Translations under genes and position numbers: made by a program
Shown: positions 62,085 to 64,000 of the stretch, piece after piece
How the letters are laid out: every line of letters starts with the position of its first letter
Numbering within the stretch: the first letter of the stretch is position 1
Assembly (NCBI RefSeq): GCF_016432865.1
Contig: NC_067401.1
Span: 140,988,001 to 141,052,000 of the forward strand
Source: Antechinus flavipes
Lineage: Eukaryota
DNA: 64,000 nt
Direction: 5' to 3'
Notes under the pieces: generated by a model
What the model saw: only the letters and a program-made list of their open reading frames with translations
Database searches by the model: none
Told to the model about the DNA's origin: nothing

Positions 62085-63606
62085 TATCCAATAAATTGTC
62101 ACGTCTCTGAAAACATTCCTCTACAACATCTCTAGGAACCATTCCTAGCTTCCCTCCTCACCTTTTACCTGGCTACAGCAATAACCTCCAAATTGTTGCC
62201 TTTCTGTCCCCTTCCTATCTTTAGGATATCTCCCCATTCTAATCCATCCTCTACACAGTGGCCAAATTGATATTCCTAAATATCTTTGTCACCCCCCCCC
62301 CCCCACTCCATAAATTCCCAATTGCTTCTAGAGTCAAGAACAAACTTCTATGTTGGTATTTAAAGTCCTTTACAACCTACCTTCAAAACAGACCGATCAA
62401 ATGTCCTCCTCATTGTCCTTCATGTATTACATTATCTCCCTTCTCTATTGTCTTTGTACTGGCTGTCCAAGGTTGGAGTATATTCCCTCCTTACCAGCTC
62501 TTAGAACTCCTTCAAAGTTCAACTCAAGCTCCATCTATATGATGCCTTTCTTGATTTCTCCCATCTACTCATACCCTCCCTTCTAGCTCTTCTTTAATTA
62601 CTTCATGTACATTAATATTTATCCTTTATATCTTTACATACATACTTGCTGTCTCTCCTATTAGAATATAAGCTCCTTAGGAGAAGTTTCATTTTTTAAA
62701 TTTTATTTGTATCCCCAGCATCTGTGTGGCTAGCACATAGTAGATAATTAATAAATATTTCTTGATCGATTCCCTTTCTCTCAATTTAGAGCTCTCTCCC
62801 CATTAATCAATCAATAAAAGAGCCTACTATGTGTCCGGCACTGGGGATACAGAGAAAGACAAACAATAGTCCCAGGCTCTGAAGGAACTCACAATCTAAT
62901 GGAAGAGACAACAAGCAAATAACTATGCAGAAACATATTTTTATACGTCAAAAATTAGAAAAAATCAACAGAGGAAAGAGAGTAGTAATAAGGGGGAATC
63001 AAGAAAGGCTTCCTGTGGCAGGTGGGATTTTATTTTGTATATACTTTTATAAGTTCCTGTTCTCCCTCCCAACAGAAAACAAGCTCCCTGGAAGCAGAAA
63101 CTTTCATTTTTGTCTTTGTATCCCCAAAGCCTTGCACACATTAGGCGTTTAATAAATGCTGGCTGATTTGCGGAATCACATCCCTCCAGATGTGACTTAA
63201 TTCAAACGTGTCCTCTCGGGGGCAGCGTCAGTTTCATTTCTACCTCGAGCATTCCAAGAACAAGACTGGCTTTCAACCACCCTCATCCAGATCATGGTTA
63301 ATCATAAACTGGAAAGGTGCTTGGAGGCCAACCAGCCATCATTTTAGGCTCTGAGAGGTTCCCTAAGAGCATACAGCAAGATGGGAGCCCAGAAGTTCCG
63401 ATTCCAGAATCATGGGGGGAGGGGAGATGAGCCCTCCATCCAGATGTCCCCAGAGGGACTGCCCCTCCCCCGCCTTTCCTCCCCTTTCCAGGTGTCAGGG
63501 GAGGGGAGGAGAACGTCTGGATCTGTCAAGTTCTCCAGGCAGATCCCGAGCCACCGAGACTCGGGAGTGGGTCCAGGGCCTGCAGCGCAGGTTAGGATCT
63601 TCTTAC

Positions 63607-63790
63607 CCTTAATCTATCCCACGTCGCGGTGGTGTCCGCTTTCCCGATCCCTCTCAGGTTCGGATAGATGCCTTCCCCCTCTTCTCTTTCCCACCCCCCC
63701 ACTAGTCCTAGAGCTCGCGCGCAAGTTCCAACTTCCTCCCCCTACCCTCACTCCCACCCCGCCCCTGGCGCCAACCGCCACTTCCGCTCT
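63607..63790 (-). other. KIF18B: Probable non-coding exon 1 of KIF18B (TSS approximate)
   Basis: Donor AAGG|gtaaga at 63607/63606 within a CpG-rich region just downstream of a CHR element. Confidence 0.6.
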
Positions 63791-64000
63791 CGACCAATTC
63801 TTTCAAACCAGCCCGGCTCGGTACTTTCGTTCTTTTCATTGGTTACCTCTCAGAACTCTGATTGGGTCATTTCAGACCAATGGGAGAAGAGTCCTTAAAA
63901 CCAAGGCCTCTTTGTTTTTTTTCCGTTTCTTCTACGTTTCCTCTGCACATGCGCAAAACTTTTTTTTTCCTTTTTAGGCTTCCTGGGAGTTGTAGTTTGT
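63760..64000 (-). promoter_or_regulatory. KIF18B G2/M promoter: CHR TTTGAA (63802-63807) with CDE-like CCGGG 4 nt upstream, four CCAAT boxes, E2F-like TTGGCGCC, ETS CGGAAGTG, ACTACAnnTCCC (ZNF143/THAP11) motif
   Basis: CCAAT/ATTGG at 63794, 63838, 63861 and 63877; E2F-like 63767-63774; ETS 63779-63786; ACTACAACTCCC 63985-63996. Confidence 0.8.

Noticed and set aside
63212-63226. CTCF-like CCTCTCGGGGGCAGC (also CCTCTAGAGGCCG near 6562)
   Set aside because: Mismatches at core positions; such matches are frequent by chance without ChIP data.
63381-63977. 198-aa plus-strand ORF over the KIF18B promoter
   Set aside because: Pro-rich CpG-island ORF antisense to exon 1 with no homology.

Overview
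Mammalian genomic DNA from a marsupial, probably an Australian dasyurid-type genome (inferred from WSINE1-like SINEs, OC1-like hAT MITEs and marsupial L1 3' ends). The gene order matches human 17q21.31: 5' end of EFTUD2 (-), a CpG-rich bidirectional promoter, CCDC103/DNAAF19 (+, 245 aa), single-exon FAM187A (+, 411 aa), complete GFAP (-, 9 exons, 428 aa alpha form) with its TATA box and STAT3/AP-1/NFI enhancer, about 17 kb of repeat-rich intergenic DNA, and complete KIF18B (-, 15 coding exons, about 858 aa) ending at its cell-cycle promoter. I assembled all exons by hand from GT/AG boundaries and phase continuity. Homology calls rest on my recollection of the human proteins, not on a database search. 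There are two assembly gaps of about 200 N. There is no CRISPR array, rRNA, tRNA or prokaryotic system, and I found no wholly new gene system. The most interesting leads are: degenerate EB-binding motifs and a damaged exon-15 splice donor in KIF18B; a splice acceptor 1 nt before the FAM187A ATG that allows shared-promoter or in-frame CCDC103-FAM187A splicing; a duplicated hairpin ending in an ACA box in CCDC103 intron 3; no recognisable GFAP delta exon 7a; an in-frame strong-Kozak ATG upstream of GFAP; twin hAT MITEs bracketing the GFAP promoter; and a local inverted duplication upstream of GFAP.
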